DNA of 64,000 nt from Chlorokybus atmophyticus (GCA_009103225.1 RHPI01003041.1:391439-455438), one strand, 5' to 3'. Positions 13,016-27,126 are shown, counted from the first letter of the stretch. Numbers and translations: made by a program. The notes: generated by a model not told the origin, from the sequence alone.

Positions 13016-13113
13016 ATGAAATGTTGCACGTCCAGCAACATTTCATAGACACGTACTTATTGTGCTGGCACTGAGTACGAGCATCTCACGTATGCTCGCA
13101 CTCAGTGCCAGCA
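13016..13113. repeat. Two adjacent inverted repeats (12-bp perfect stem; 22-bp stem with one mismatch)
   Basis: ATGAAATGTTGC-acgtcca-GCAACATTTCAT (13016-13046) and TGCTGGCACTGAGTACGAGCAT-ctcacgt-ATGCTCGCACTCAGTGCCAGCA (13063-13113). Confidence 0.9.
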
Positions 13114-13144
13114 AGATGCATGCAAGTGCAAGCTCAACACACAC

Positions 13145-13146
<2 letters not shown>

Positions 13147-13177
<31 letters not shown>
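13147..13177. repeat. (GA)n microsatellite
   Basis: About 15 GA units read directly. Confidence 0.95.
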
Positions 13178-13180
<3 letters not shown>

Positions 13181-13315
13181 AATCACAAACTGTTGCACGT
13201 GATGTGCGCAACGTACATTATCTACGCGGTGCTTCTTGCAACATGACCACAGCTTTGGTACTGGTTGAAATCTGCAAGCATTCACATGATGTGGTAGACC
13301 AACAACTGTAAGAGG

Positions 13316-13375
13316 AAGCAGACTTAAAAAAATTTAGGTTTATAAGCAGACTTAAAACAATTTAAGGTGTATAAG
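13316..13375. repeat. Imperfect ~28-bp direct repeat opening an AT-rich tract
   Basis: AAGCAGACTTAAAAAAATTTAGGTTTAT followed by AAGCAGACTTAAAACAATTTAAGGTGTAT, then AAG. Confidence 0.8.
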
Positions 13376-14539
13376 TATCATTTTGCGATTCACGAAAGGA
13401 GCCTTTGTTACAAATCATAAGTAGCCGCCATAACGTGGACTTTGTCAATATGCCGTATATGTATTGCATATATTAATGCGATGAAGCTTGCATTTAATGT
13501 GGTAACAATTTTATGATTTATGTACGTATTGTACTCTTTATTGTATAAGACTCCCACTTGTAATGCTTTGAAGGCCTCAATGTGCAATATAAGAAATTAT
13601 ATTTATACATGTATATGTGCGCAACTTACAATGTATGAAAATAATTCTATTATAATAATTGGCAATAATATTATAAAATATGATATGCGTTTTGGTACAG
13701 CATATCGTGAATAACTTATTGGATGCATGAGCATGTGTCACACTATGTTAAATGGATGACCTGAGTCATAAGCTGCACTCATACGGCAATCGTTGCGAGT
13801 TGTTATCTTCTACATGTACATTGTGAAACCATCCAATGTGTGCGTTACTCACTGAGAGTGTGACACACTTTGCCCAACCAAGCAAGAGGGGTATTCTTAC
13901 ACACAATTTGCCAGTCGTACGTTAGGGCCTGCGACAATTTGTCCCTAACGTACGCTGTTGTCGACAAGGCTCGCCTTGGCAACAACGCCTGCCAGGGGAA
14001 AGTCTACAACATCAGCCCCGCTTATGCCTTTCATGGCGCAAAGGCGGGCGCCAAGCTAGGAATTTGGGGAGAGGCGGCAATGATGGCGTTGGCGTTGTTG
14101 GTGGCGTTTGGTCCTCGCGTAAGCCAGCGCATGCCCACGCTGGGATGACCGGTTGGTATGCTCATACACGGCAATGCCAGCTGTCTTGTCAATGTGTCAC
14201 ATGTGTTAGCGCCTCCGCGAAGCATCCAAGTTTGGCGTCAGCCCGTATTGGCTCTTAGTGCCTTACTTGTGAGCTTAGCTGGCCTGCTTCCTTCTTTGAA
14301 AGTTTGGTGACCGGCAGCACAGCACGCAAGGCATGCTGCCTCTGCCACCTCCGCCGCCATTTGAGAATGCCATGTGCCCTTTGGGCTTGATGGGCCAAGC
14401 TTTATCTTTCCCCCCTACCGCCTGGCATTGGCGTTGGGGTTTAGCTGGTTAGATTGGCTTGAGCAGAGGAGGCATTTTGGGTTGAGCAGTTGTTGTAGTT
14501 TGCATTGCCGTTAGGGTTGTCGTTGTTTACCTCGCAAAC

Positions 14540-16699
14540 ATGGATCAGGCGCAGAGTGAGGTTCAAGATCAGGTTCAGGATTTAGACCATGCCTTGGTGT
14601 TGAGGCTGGCGTTCATGTACTACAACCCGATTGCGCTGTGCATACTGTTTGTCTGGCTATGGGGGCTCAACCTGTGGGTTTGGGAGCGCAACCACGTCAA
14701 CTATGAGAGGGTTCTGGACCTGCCCGATTCCGGCAGCCATCTGCAAGTCAAGGACACATTTCGGTTTGCTGCCATCCTCTCACTACTGCTACTCGCCTCG
14801 CTTGGTAAGTGCATTGCACGCAAGTTACCAGCTTCTATCTTGAGTGACTCTGCTGGTAAGTGCAATCGTACATGTCATCGGCTACTCGTTCTTTTGCCTG
14901 ACAACAATTCCGTTATCAGCACATAGCCGCAGATGCAAGCACAGGCACCCATGAACACACCCAAGCGCTGTGTGTGCGTGCGTTGCAGCATTGCTTGCAG
15001 TCAAGGTGGCGCGTAGAGTTCAGACTACCGTGTGTGCAATCCATTCATTGTGAACAAGTTTGTGTGCACTAAGCAGTCAGAAGATGTCACACTTTTCAAT
15101 CACGTTGCACAGTTGCATTGGTTTTTGTTCTGTGCAATGCAAGTGGTGGTCCTGTCGTGCATGAAAAAAGCAACTTGTATGTGAGGCAAACTTTTCATGC
15201 TTGCGTTGATCTTGAAGGCGCCTTCCTGCACGCCATCACCGCACAGTCATGGCATTTGGCGTCCCTCCATCCCGCACTGTTGTATGCGCTTCTCCCAGTG
15301 CTGATGCTGGCTCCTGTGCCGTACCTCTACCCCCGTTCCCGCGCCATGTTTACACGCTGCCTTCAACGCATGTTGATGCCCATTATGCAGCCCGTGTTGT
15401 TCGTCGATTTATTCGTTGCTGACGTGTTTACGTCTATGGCAAAGGTACACGACTTAGAGCAAGTCCGCATGCCTAGCGTGTGTGTCAGCACTGCAATTTT
15501 TGCACTGCTGCAACATGCATACAGAATGACTTGTTTGGAAGTGACATGCATCTGCTTGCTGCGTTGTGCAACTCAGCTGCAACAACTAGCTCTGTGCCTC
15601 TTACTGGTGCTTGTGCAACCACTCTTCAGGTCCTGTCAGATGTAGAGCGCGTGTTGTGTCGCTTGACATCCGGACCAATACTCTCTGTGCTGGGAGACGC
15701 AAATGACGTGTGTGGCTCGCATTCAGCCGCCATACCCGCCTTGCTGGCTTTACCTTACTTGATCCGCTTGCTTCAATGCCTCCGCTCGCACCGGGACACT
15801 GGCGAAAAGGGCCATTTGCTCAATGCGCTGAAGTACTTCACAGCATTTCCTGTGATTTTTCTGTCCTTCAGCAAGTACTATGTCCCGCTCCCGCACTGGG
15901 TTGCCTTCTACAAACCCGCCTGGCTACTAGCAAGGTACATGTGCACCGTTTCGAGCAAGGCACAATAAGTCCACATGACTGTTTAGTATGCCCACACGTG
16001 CATGCATGCATGCTTGCACACGCAGGCGTACGTGCAAATGCATGCACACCCCAAAACCACACACACGCACACCATATAGACCAAGCTTTGCATAGTTGCT
16101 GTTGAATAAACCTTGCTGTTAGCATGTAGCCATGTCTTCTGCAAACAATTATGCTCACATAGTTGTCTGGCTGTGTTAGACGCACAGTCCACTGGGCGCC
16201 TAGCGACACTCACATGGACCAGCCTTCACTCATGCAACACTTAGCCAATTGTGATAATAGCAGTCTTTTACAGCAGCTACTGCTACAAACCTCGGTATCT
16301 CTCTTTCTTGGCAGTGTTGTCAACTCATGCTACAGCTTCTACTGGGACGTGGCACGCGACTGGGACCTGACCCTGTTCTCAGCCAATAATGGTTGCTTAT
16401 CGGGAGTGCCGGTGCGGCATCCAGGGCTGAGGTCAACGCTGTTCTTCCCGTGGCCTTGGGTGTACTACTGGGCAATATTTAGCGACGCGCTGCTTCGCGC
16501 CACATGGACATACAAGCTGTCCGCCCACCTGCGACATAATGAGTACACGGTCACGCTCATTAGTCTGTGTGAGATCCTGCGGCGCTGGCAGTGGATGTTT
16601 TTCCGGGTGGAAACGGAGTGGCGCCGCATATGCTTGAAACAGGGAACCTTGCCAGGTAAAAGTGGCTCTGATATACAGCTATACCACTTACATAGCTGA
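14540..16699 (+). CDS. EXS (ERD1/XPR1/SYG1) family membrane protein without an SPX domain (ERD1-like)
   Basis: Exons encode MYYNPIALCILFVWLWGLNLWVWERNHVNYERV; PVLFVDLFVADVFTSMAK; LALPYLIRLLQCLR...HLLNALKYFTAFPVI; VVNSCYSFYWDVARDWDL; and YYWAIFSDALLRATWTYKLS...EILRRWQWMFFRVETEW. These are hallmark EXS motifs. Confidence 0.9.
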
Positions 16700-17340
16700 T
16701 TGGAACGAGTGTGTGCTGTCGCATGGGAGGATGTCTGTGTCTGGTGATGTCCACGTCAGCTATAAGGGCACCTCCTTATGGAACACTAGCTGCCATGAAC
16801 ATGACTGCAGTGATGATGGCTTGAACCCATATCACGTGTCTGTTCAGATGCACCGGATGGAACCACTGTACCGTTAATTATAGCCGCGCCCAAGCCCGTG
16901 AGCAACGGCTGGAGTGACTACAGGAGTGATTAGGGCAAATGTTGCATGGTGCAGTTGGAATTGATGGGTTGCTGTAGAGCAAGATTATCACTACTTCATT
17001 GTTGATACATATGCTCCTGCGTTTGCTTGACAACATTATATGCGCACTGGATGTCCCAGATTACAAAATATGCAACGCAGACCACTACAGCTCTGCCTTG
17101 CCAAGCAGCCTGCTAGTGCCTGCCAGACCACTGCAGCTCTCCCTACACTATCGCACAACCACATCCCACACGCCTCTACAGCTAGTGACTCTCTGGCTAA
17201 TATTGCAACTGTACATGATCTGGCTCCACACAATGTCACCTAGCCACACATCCGCACTACCAACCACGCAAGATGTGCCGGCTTCGGCCGCTGATGTGTT
17301 CATGCTGTCGTTGCCAGCACTGGCTCACGGCGAAGAAAAG

Positions 17341-19128
17341 CTACTCGGGCGGCGCACGTGTAGCGCCCCGCATGTCTTGGGCTTGATGGGCATAGATGCT
17401 GAACACTTTGTGGAAATCCTTGCCTAGGGTGCCACAAATGTATGCTGCCGGGAAGAAGATGTTGCTGGGTACGCGCGGTATATTTGCCGCTCACCTTGTT
17501 TCACTTGGAGCACTCGCTTGCCGCAGGCCGTGATGGTCATGTTGAGTAGCATGCGAGAGTTGTACCTGGCTCCAACGCCACCAAGTCAATCCGGTGGTCT
17601 CGCTTGGGGCGATTGGCGCGAAGTTGGTATGCTCGCGGCTCACGTTGCACCTGTGTAGCTCCCGCAATGTCGAACCCAACCACACATATACAGATATTTG
17701 TAAGTCCAGTCTACAGGCAGCAGGTGGTGCGCGCGCCGCAGCGCGCGCAGAGCCTGGCAGTGCTGGAGTAGATGTTGCGGCGGCGGCTGCAGTGCCGGGG
17801 TGTAGCCACGTGCCCAGTCTGCACGGACAATGGAGGATGCAATGTTGGCTGTGTAGACCGTACGTGTTGTGTGTATGAGGATAGGCATGGTTGTATAGGA
17901 GTTGACTGATCGCTGTAATACTGTGTAACAGAGCGCGTGTGTCACACTTTCCTACACACTCACGAGCCATGCACCAGACGCAGTTACTCGCACACAGCAG
18001 CAGCCATATCACACAGCACACCCACACCAGCACGCGCCTAGTCTGAGCACACTACAGCACATATGCCGTCCAGCAGATTGACTATGCATGTTTAACAGCA
18101 CTGCACATAATTTGTACACCCACACTAGCACGCGCTCACGCGGCGCGTCTGCATGCCACATGCTGGTCGTGCTCCGTCGTCGCGTCGCTCCCAGCAATCC
18201 ATGGCGCGCGCCGCATCCACCTCAGTCACTGTCACACGAAGGGCTCGGGGTGATGGGCGATGGATAGCAGAACACCTCGTTGTGCAGGGCGTCGGCCAAG
18301 TGCCTGCCAGCAGCCTGCTGATGCTTACCGACCTGAAGCACTCAACTGTCTGTCATGCTATACGGGTCTTGCGGGCTGCCATAGCCGGAGATGATAACAT
18401 GATATCGTAGCGGTGCCTGCTGCTGAGCGCTGCGTGACAACGATCACAGCGTGTTGGCAACACGCCTTGCATGTTATGGCCATATCATATAACTTACAGC
18501 AGAGCTGCGCGAAGCACGCTCCAAGAACAAAGGGTGTGCAAACGCATGGCATAAGCATGGGCACACAGCAGCCCGTGTGGGCTAGTAATGTTAAACGTGT
18601 GCATGTACATGCATGTCTAACGGGGAAGGCTAGTAGCTGGTAGTTTATTGCAGTAGAATTAGCCTGGTGGTGACAACGGTGGAATGTATACTAGTGTGCA
18701 TGTAATGCTTGAGTGGTTGTGATGCATTGCATGCGTGTGCCTGATAGCACGTCATATATCCTGTACACTACAAGCACACGCTCTTTTGTACACAAGCAAG
18801 CCAATGGATTAGGCGGAGGCCAAGGTAGAGCTTGTAAGATACAACTCTTGGCTAGACACAACCACTAATCTAGACTCTCAAGCAGCAACGGTGGTGTGGG
18901 ACGCAAGTGGGTACAGCAAGACAAGGGGTGGCAACCTGCAGAGCGCAGGGAGGTATCCTGCATGATGATTATAGCGGTGCGCATGAGCGGCGTGCGGTGG
19001 CTACCAAACGGTGCAAGCTTGGCAGCCACACGCCGGGGAAAACCTGTACCCAGCGGTGATGCATTGGTTGGGAGGACTCGCAGCACGCGCTCAACCTTTG
19101 CGCGCGCAACATCATGGCGCTTCCTCAT
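17341..19128 (-). CDS. Possible unidentified multi-exon gene (tentative)
   Basis: GC-rich exon-like islands with splice-like borders on the minus strand: LQHCQALRALRRAHHLLPVDWTYKYLYMCGWVRH (~17840-17670) and a last-exon candidate GKDFHKVFSIYAHQAQDMRGATRAPPE* after ccctag at ~17425. No family recognised and the exon chain is ambiguous. Confidence 0.25.
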
Positions 19129-19553
19129 CCAGTATCATTGACACCACTACCGGGCTATACACACTGTTCATTGCCACCTGACGTGCAACACAACCCAAGA
19201 CCTCCCCATTAGGCATGCATACATGCGCATGACATTCTATTACCTTCCCATATGGGCCCCGCGATAGGAACTGAACTGACATGCAAAGTGACATTGTGGT
19301 ACGTTGGTATATCAGGGGTTTTGATATTCTCTGTATGTTCTGTATGGGACTGAGTAAGCATTGCATGTTGATACTGCACAAGTAAGCTTACGTCAAGGTC
19401 AACTTTGGGGTAACGCACACTGGTTGCTACTACACCAAGGCAAAGCTGTGCTGGTAGTGAAGCAACTGCTTATTGTGTATAACCAACGCCAGTTTCCAGC
19501 CACCCAGCCACGAATTGCACTATCGCAACAATATAACCAACCTCTACTCAGCT

Positions 19554-22500
19554 TTATACTGATACCTGCTGGCAAGGATTAGCACAGGTATCAGGCACCT
19601 AATGCACCAGTTTGCTGCCAACCATCATCGGCTAGTGTACAAGCGCTGGCTGCTTGACATCATTGGCATGAGAGCTATTGACTGGAGAATCCACCTGCGA
19701 CGCACAATAATAATCAATGTTGGTGTTGACATCACTGTTGCGAGATGGCACCTAACATGCATGTGTGGAACTTACTGAGGCATGCTTGAAGAGCTCATCC
19801 AACACCTCAGACAACGTAGGGTGCGCGTGCACATTGAACTTGATGTCCTGAGAGAACAATGCAGGGCAAATTAGCGGTTGCATCTGCACCGCCGCGCATC
19901 ATTTGCAACCAAATGACAGCATACTCAGCGCACCTCAACAGTTTGACCTGTGGCGATCGCATTTGATGCCTCATGAATCAGATCCGCCGCATGCATACCC
20001 TGCAGGCAGTCGTAAATCAGAGTAGAGCGCATCTGTTGGTCAACACCCACAACCATCAAGCCTGACAACACCACTCTGTGCAAGAACAACGATGAAGCCT
20101 AGGCTTTCTCGAACTGAGGGTGGACGGCTGAGTAATACTTACAATGATATGTACACCAAGGATTTCGCCAGTGTCTCCGCGGTAGATCATCTGCGTGTCA
20201 ACAGCGTCATGTACAGCAAAAGTGAACAGGAATGTCGCAGCTTGCATCATCACATGTGTGTTCGGTTGAAGTACATCAGTTGAAAACGAGAGATACCTTC
20301 GCCATGCCCTCTCCCTCATTCTCAGCAAGAGCCTTGGAGTTGGCTTTGAAGCTGGTCTTAGCCACCTTGATCTTGAAGCCCTCAGCCGCAGCCTTCTCCT
20401 CTGCTTGCGGCTGCAAGCACGCAACATGTTTCAACTGCGCCTTAGCCAAGTAACTGTAGATTACTGTCGGTTGAGTGTATATACCTGTGTCAGCCCAGCA
20501 AAGCTGATTTCTGGATGCGTGAAGCATGCAGCGGGCACACTGAGGTGGTTCAGGAGGTTGTCATTGCCGCAGACATTCTCAATGACTGCAGAGCCACCAC
20601 AGTGAGCGTGTAACCAAAGATTGTCAAAGGCGTTGACACCCAAATTGTGTCGCTCAAGTGAACGTAACGCGCAGACACAATATCACCCCTGGTCAGGCTC
20701 TTATGATCATCTGCATGAGTGCAAACCTCTGACAAGCTTATACCTCAGCAGCATCCCAGTCATGCAGACTTAGCTTCCATTTCTAAACTACTGCAGACTC
20801 TCTGGCAAGTACACAAGGCACGCCATGCAAGGATGTGTGCCATGGCAACAAGTACTCACCTGATATGCCTTGTGCGCTGGCAGCGTGCGCGAGCATCATC
20901 AGGCCATTGGCATCACCGATGCAATACAAGTGGGGCACCTAAACATGCACAACATTGTACCTCAGTTCTCAACGGATGCCATTTTAGCTGACGATGATCA
21001 CACAACACTACTGCAAGCACTACGCTACTCACCGGCTTGCCCTCAGTGTTCAGCACTTGGAACTTGTCATTGACAGGAACAAACCCTCTCCTATCCGTGT
21101 CAGCATCCACCTGCAACCATGCTTGTGACTACTGAAGCAAAGCTTAAGTACTGGAGTACTGATTTGAGACCGCACAGCTTCTCTTGAGCCTACGACTACG
21201 GCCGCACTATCTCTCAGTAAGCCAAAGCCTGCTGCTGGTGCATCATCATCATTAACTGGACTTACCGTAATCAAATCAAGGCCCTTGGTATATGGCGCCC
21301 TTCCAGTTGCGATCAAAGCCGCATCCACCTGCATGTGGCTTAGTCATTGCAACCACTGCATGAGGCCTGTGCATGTCTCGCCATGCTTGACTTGAAAGCC
21401 AAACCAAGTTGACATACACACCTCTAACACGTCCTTTGGCTCTCGTGTCTTGAAGTCAACCAGCTCAATCCTGACAGGTCCTCCATTGACACCTGGAGTA
21501 ATCTACAGTACAACATGCCGCATTAGACAGAGAGTGATGCGACAGACATGTTGCATCTTGCGAGTGCATGAGTTCTTGGAGTGCTCACCGTCTGTGCAAG
21601 CACGCCAGTGTGGTAGTCAATGTTGCGAGGCTGGATAAGGATACGTTGCGCCATGCGTGCAATCTCCGGGTCAAAGCCAGGCATGAGGTTGTCCAATGCT
21701 TCAACAAAAGTAACCTGTTGCAAGGCAGCATAAATGCGCTTGCACAACAGCACACCCACCATTTCGAACAAACGGAAGCATTCAGCTCAGCTTACATCAC
21801 TGCCCAATGCTGTGTATACATCGCTGAACTCCAGGCCAATGTAGCCCGAACCCACAATGCACACCCAGTTGGGAACCCACTCCATCTTCAATGCGTGATC
21901 ACTGGTGAACACTGTCTTGCCTGTTACAAGTTGCAATCGTTAAGTAGAGGTATCAATATGCTGCCAGTGTGTCGTGAGATGCTAGCGTAGTAACAGTCGG
22001 GGAACAGGCAGTTGCTGTGACTGACATGGCTGGATAACATGCCACACAATGACTGTGCACGCAGCCTCTACCATGGCAACCTAGCAGTGTCCATTGTGCA
22101 GCAATGCATAATGGAACTCACCATCAACGGTGATGCCCGGGGGAACGAAGGGTGTGGAACCAGTTGCGATTATTATATCCCTCGCAGAGATGCTCTTCTC
22201 TGGATAGGTCTTACCAAACCCAACAACTTGTGGACCCTGCAATTGGTTGGTAACAGACAGCTATCAACAAGTAGAACCTAATAACAGTCTTGCAAAGGCT
22301 GCACGGTCGTGACTAAGGCAGCTACAGTTGCTGCCAATATGATACAGGATGCACATGCTGACATATGATGCAAGAAGAACACGCTTGCATCATACATACA
22401 TAGCTTGTGCATGTAGAGAAAACGATGCCTACAGACACTACCTTCATATGCACTGAAGTTACTGAAAGAGTTGAGGAGGCAATACCCCAAGCCATATGAG

Positions 22501-23636
22501 TGTTTGCAATGCAAGGCAGTGCAGCACTCCGACCAAAGTACTGCATGTCGCATTGGCTTCTGTAGATGGCAATAAGCTGCTAACTCTTGTATATCCAATT
22601 TATTGCTCTCAACAGGGCATGACTCCTAGACATGATCTCAGAAAGCGCAAAAGCTTCAACTAATGGACTGGGTTACCTGAATGGAACCAACACCCTCCAA
22701 GATATCCACACCCAACGCCTTCATGGAGTTCGCCAGGTTGCCCTGAACCTTTTTCGCTAGCAGGTTGGCGTGGTCTGCAATCCCTTGCCTGTCGTAACTG
22801 ACACTGCCGACCTGTTGCACAAAAGTACTTGCGTGTTGAGCAATCTAGCGAGCAAGACAGCTGCAAGATACTTCTTGCATGTTCAATTGCATATGTGTAT
22901 GTCCACTACCGACCAAGCTAGCGACAGATGTTGTTGCCCTGCTTGACAGAATACTTGGAGGATGCACTCTATTGAGGGTTGAACAAGTGTAGTCTGTTCT
23001 TGTCTACAGCAAGTTGCAAGCATGAATGATTCGAATAGGAGAATGAAGCCATGCACAAACCTGAATTCCAAATTGCTTCAGGTGAGAAGCATTTCTCAGC
23101 TCTCTCAACCTTCCAGAGGCTGCCAGCAGCGCCTTGGAAGGCACGCAACCCCTGTTGACGCAGGTCCCGCCAATATCTTTGGACTCAATGATGGCAGTTT
23201 TGAGGCCCTGACAACAGCAACTGTGTGTGAGCGTTGTGTGTGCAAGTATGCTTGTGCATTGGCAATGCTGTGCAAAGCAGAAGCACATACACACAACCCA
23301 AACCTTAGAGACAGCGTGCAAAGCGGCTCCATGTCCTCCGACCCCAGCGCCGATGATGACGACGTCATAATCGAATTGAGAAGTTGCTGAAACTGTTAGT
23401 GAGCGTCTTTGTGTGTTGACAGCTGGACCCGAGCTGTGAAGCTTAATCCGCCTCAGAGCAGCCGCATTGCCGCCCAGGCCCTGCGCTGAGCAGCTGCCAG
23501 GCTGCGACGACTGCAGCCTCCGCAGACCAGAGTAGCCCGCCTGGGGAGACGGTCGTCGGGGAGCTGCGGAAGGACCGGACGAAGGCGAGCAGCTCGACAC
23601 CACCGTTCCGGACACCGCCACCGCCGCCGTCGCCAT
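19554..23636 (-). CDS. LPD: Plastid dihydrolipoamide dehydrogenase (E3 of plastid pyruvate dehydrogenase)
   Basis: Ser/Ala-rich transit peptide from ATG 23636, then [42 protein letters not shown] (redox CxxxxC), [54 protein letters not shown] and [16 protein letters not shown]. The last exon ([14 protein letters not shown]) is tentative. Confidence 0.95.
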
Positions 23637-24983
23637 GCTGAATGCCACCAACACGACCGCCCCACCCCTAGTTACGTATCTCAGAGAGTGAGAGACGCGT
23701 GACGTAACGGAGCTGCTGTAAAGAGCGTATCCCTGGCAGGCGAATTTCTTGCCGTGTGTTTTCTAGTGGATTACGCACCGTAACTTACGGTGCCGAGCAA
23801 AGCTGGTGGCAGGCTGGCTCGAACGCCGCTCCGCCGCTCACACCCGCCCGGCTTTTCCACGTCAGCCTGGGCGGGTGATGAGTCTCCCTGCCAATACAAA
23901 CTCATGTGCCATACATCATGGACCATAATTCATTGCCCAGTCCGCATGCACGCGTATCTCGTTACCGGCACATGATATGGTCCCAATGGACTATAGACCA
24001 GTGGTTTACCAATGACACTGGTACACCGGATGAAAGTGGAACGAGTGGTGCGGCTGATTGGGCGGGGCGGCAATAGGGCACACGCAAACCTCCACCCCCC
24101 AAGGGCATCACATACGGCACCCGCGACTGCCGGGCTGCGCGGCCCGCATGCCGCTCATTGGCTAAGCGGCGTTTATCATCTATCAACCGTTCGATCTGTC
24201 AAATATAGATTTTGATCGTTCAAAGCACATCCCCATTTCATGCAATTGCTCAGAATATATGCAAATGAATATCAATAATGAGCACAATGTGCACGATGCA
24301 CATGCCGGCATATTGTTGCATGTGGCTCACATAATTTTGAGATGTAACACACTTATTTAAGGTGGCAAAACAGTATCTTTGATGTGTTGCAATATGAAGC
24401 ACATATGTTGCGATATGGTGCAATATGGCTAGCAACCTGCAGTTAAGTGTTACAAAACTTAGTGTTCAACGTAACGTTCACGCCACGGTACCTGCTAAGA
24501 TATTCAGTAATGAATGCCAAGGTTACAACCATCAAAATAATGCTAACTTGAATTCTCTTAACATTAAGATTCAACTAAACGAAAAATTGCATCGTTAGGC
24601 CACCATTTGGTTACGCATGAATTTGATCAAATGGGATCGCTGCGGTGACAACAGCCGTCGCTGTAAAAGGCAGCGAATACGCCAATCATTGCAGAGATGC
24701 ATAAAAGATGCTGAAAACTATCTCAGCGGCAACTGCTTACCCAAGGCGACCTAACATCGCTAGGGATTCGGTGCAATTGCAGCACAGTTAATGGTTAAAA
24801 TGGCCGCGTTTTTTGCGATACGAGGACGGGGCAGGCCTCATACCCCAAAGACATGCCGCCACTACTCACCCTTATTCTAACTAATTCACTCTACCATTTC
24901 ACGCTAATTGATTACACGCTATAGTTACTGCGTCATTAAACATGGTCAACAACCGAACCAAATGTTTGCATACAATGGTGTTA

Positions 24984-25373
24984 CCATACCCGTTCGCGGT
25001 GCCCCCCTTTCATAGAATTATAGGATTATAACATGGTAACCCCTCAAATTTATTATGGACGGGAGGTTTATTGTATCGGGGGGCGCTCTATTAGGAAGGG
25101 GGCAATGAATCACATTAAACTTACGCTGATTAACCGTATTTAATTGCATTCATCACAAGTGAATGTCACAAAATTTGCCACATAATCGTGACACTCAAGT
25201 CACGATTATGTGACAAATATTATCACATTGAGTGTACCTTATTGTAATGAATGTGCCATCTTATAGACGGGGAGCACTATATACGAGAAGGGGCATGGTG
25301 TAGCCTAACAGCGTGCCACCCTTTAACATTCAGGGGGATAATTGTAACAATAAGGGGCGTTAGAACGCGTAGG
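24984..25373. mobile_element. Degenerate TA-flanked MITE-like element (Tc1/mariner-pogo type) with an internal 20-bp hairpin
   Basis: Left end TA|CCATACCCGTTC..GCCCC versus reverse complement of the right end TA|CCTACGCGTTC..GCCCC. Two internal GACGGG(G)AG...AAGGGGC motifs. Stem 25173-25192/25199-25218 has one mismatch. Confidence 0.45.
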
Positions 25374-26378
25374 TACGATATGTGTGCTAAAGTGTCTCTT
25401 AGGTACTTTTATATGTACATGACCAAGTGATTAATTGACACTGTAGCATAGCATACAAACCAGCATGCAACGCACGGATCAAGTGGCGCAACTACACAAG
25501 CAAGTTAGCGTTAAAGAAGTGCACAAGCATACACACGGGCAATAAGCAAGTAGTCGGCAAGTATTACATCACACAAGAGCATTGTCTTTCTGCATTAGGC
25601 AAGCAGGCAGCAACAATTAGCAACAGACAAGTACAGTAGCTCAACCAACAAGGATGTGCTGAACCCCGCAATAGCACCTCTATAACCAACGGCAACAGCA
25701 ATATCAGAGGCTCACGTAAACACAATTTGTACTATCTCGTACATAGACAAGCGCCAACAGTGAGCACGTTGCGATGGGGCAACCTTTCATTATGGTCTCC
25801 TCATCCTTAACTTCCCCAAATTAAGGTTAAGGTTTACACGCCCGCCTTACGACTCACAACGGCCAGCAAAGCGATGTAAATTCAGGATTGCCTGTGAATA
25901 CCCACAATTGGGGTGGTTGAGGAACACCATGACCAAGCAACGTGTTGGCGTTAATAGCATGGCAGGTGTAGTCACGCAGCATGACCAAACATGTCAACAA
26001 ACATAGGGACACTTGCGTGCTCCCCTCATGGTTTTGTAGCTTGCATGATAGCATGATACCTAAACATGCGCCCATATTACAGTGTATGAGCTGTGAACAT
26101 GTGGAAGTGGGGGGGAGGTACGGTTTTTTTTGTTCATTGCCTGATTGTTCATTATCAAATTCGCATGTAGTTGTTAACATGGATACGTGCATACAACTTG
26201 TGAATGTTTTAAAATAATATAACATGTAAGTCGTATCAATTTATACTCATCCACCACTGGGTTGTGCACAGTTGCTAGCAGCACATATATCTAGCAACTT
26301 GCAATGTTGTGAGAGGAAACCATGCCGACCATCACAGTTTGCATGGCAGCATATCATCCCCCCCTGGACTTACCGTAA

Positions 26379-26485
26379 NNNNNNNNNNNNNNNNNNNNNN
26401 NNNNNNNNNNNNNNNNNNNNNNNNNNNNNNNNNNNNNNNNNNNNNNNNNNNNNNNNNNNNNNNNNNNNNNNNNNNNNNNNNNNNN
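26379..26485. other. Assembly gap (N run)
   Basis: 107 N. Confidence 0.99.
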
Positions 26486-27126
26486 GGTATATGGATATGC
26501 ATTAATGTAATGCGCCAAACAAAAGGCTCTATACCGAGGGATTCATACGAGAGAAATGCGTTAAATGTGCTGAACTGCTTGAGCACTTATGCTTATGTAT
26601 TGAACGCATCGGCATTGCAAGCGCTTTTCACCACACTTGCTGAAGTCTTCTCATACTACCTCTCGGTAGACACCTCTCCAAAATCGTCCCCAACACAGAA
26701 GTGGGGAGGGGGAAGGACGATTCTATGGTTTGGGAGAACAAGCTGTCGAGGAGATATCAGCATCATCGTGCAATGTATGTGAGCAAGATCGTCGTCCATG
26801 TGACAAAGCTAATGGACACTCGGTGTTCTTGACGCAATGACGTCACTGGCCACCGAACAACCAGCCAATGACCTACCATACATCAGCATACACCAGTTCC
26901 ATTGGCAAGTTCACTGTCTTGTCAACAGTTCTGTTCGTGCGTGTGGTTGCCTTGAGCATGTAGCCATGGATAGCTTTCCATCATGCTACCAACTTAGTTG
27001 GCATGTCCGATGTGTGTACTGATACAATGTGCATTAAGAATGCTCATCTTACTAGTGCTAACTACTTTATGAGCTACATACTTGGTCAGTTGCAAGCACC
27101 CGCTACGGGACGGGCTACTACTATAG

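Noticed and set aside
26379-26485. ORFs 26272-26505, 26309-26782 and 26332-26586
   Set aside because: They span the N gap, so their continuity is artificial.
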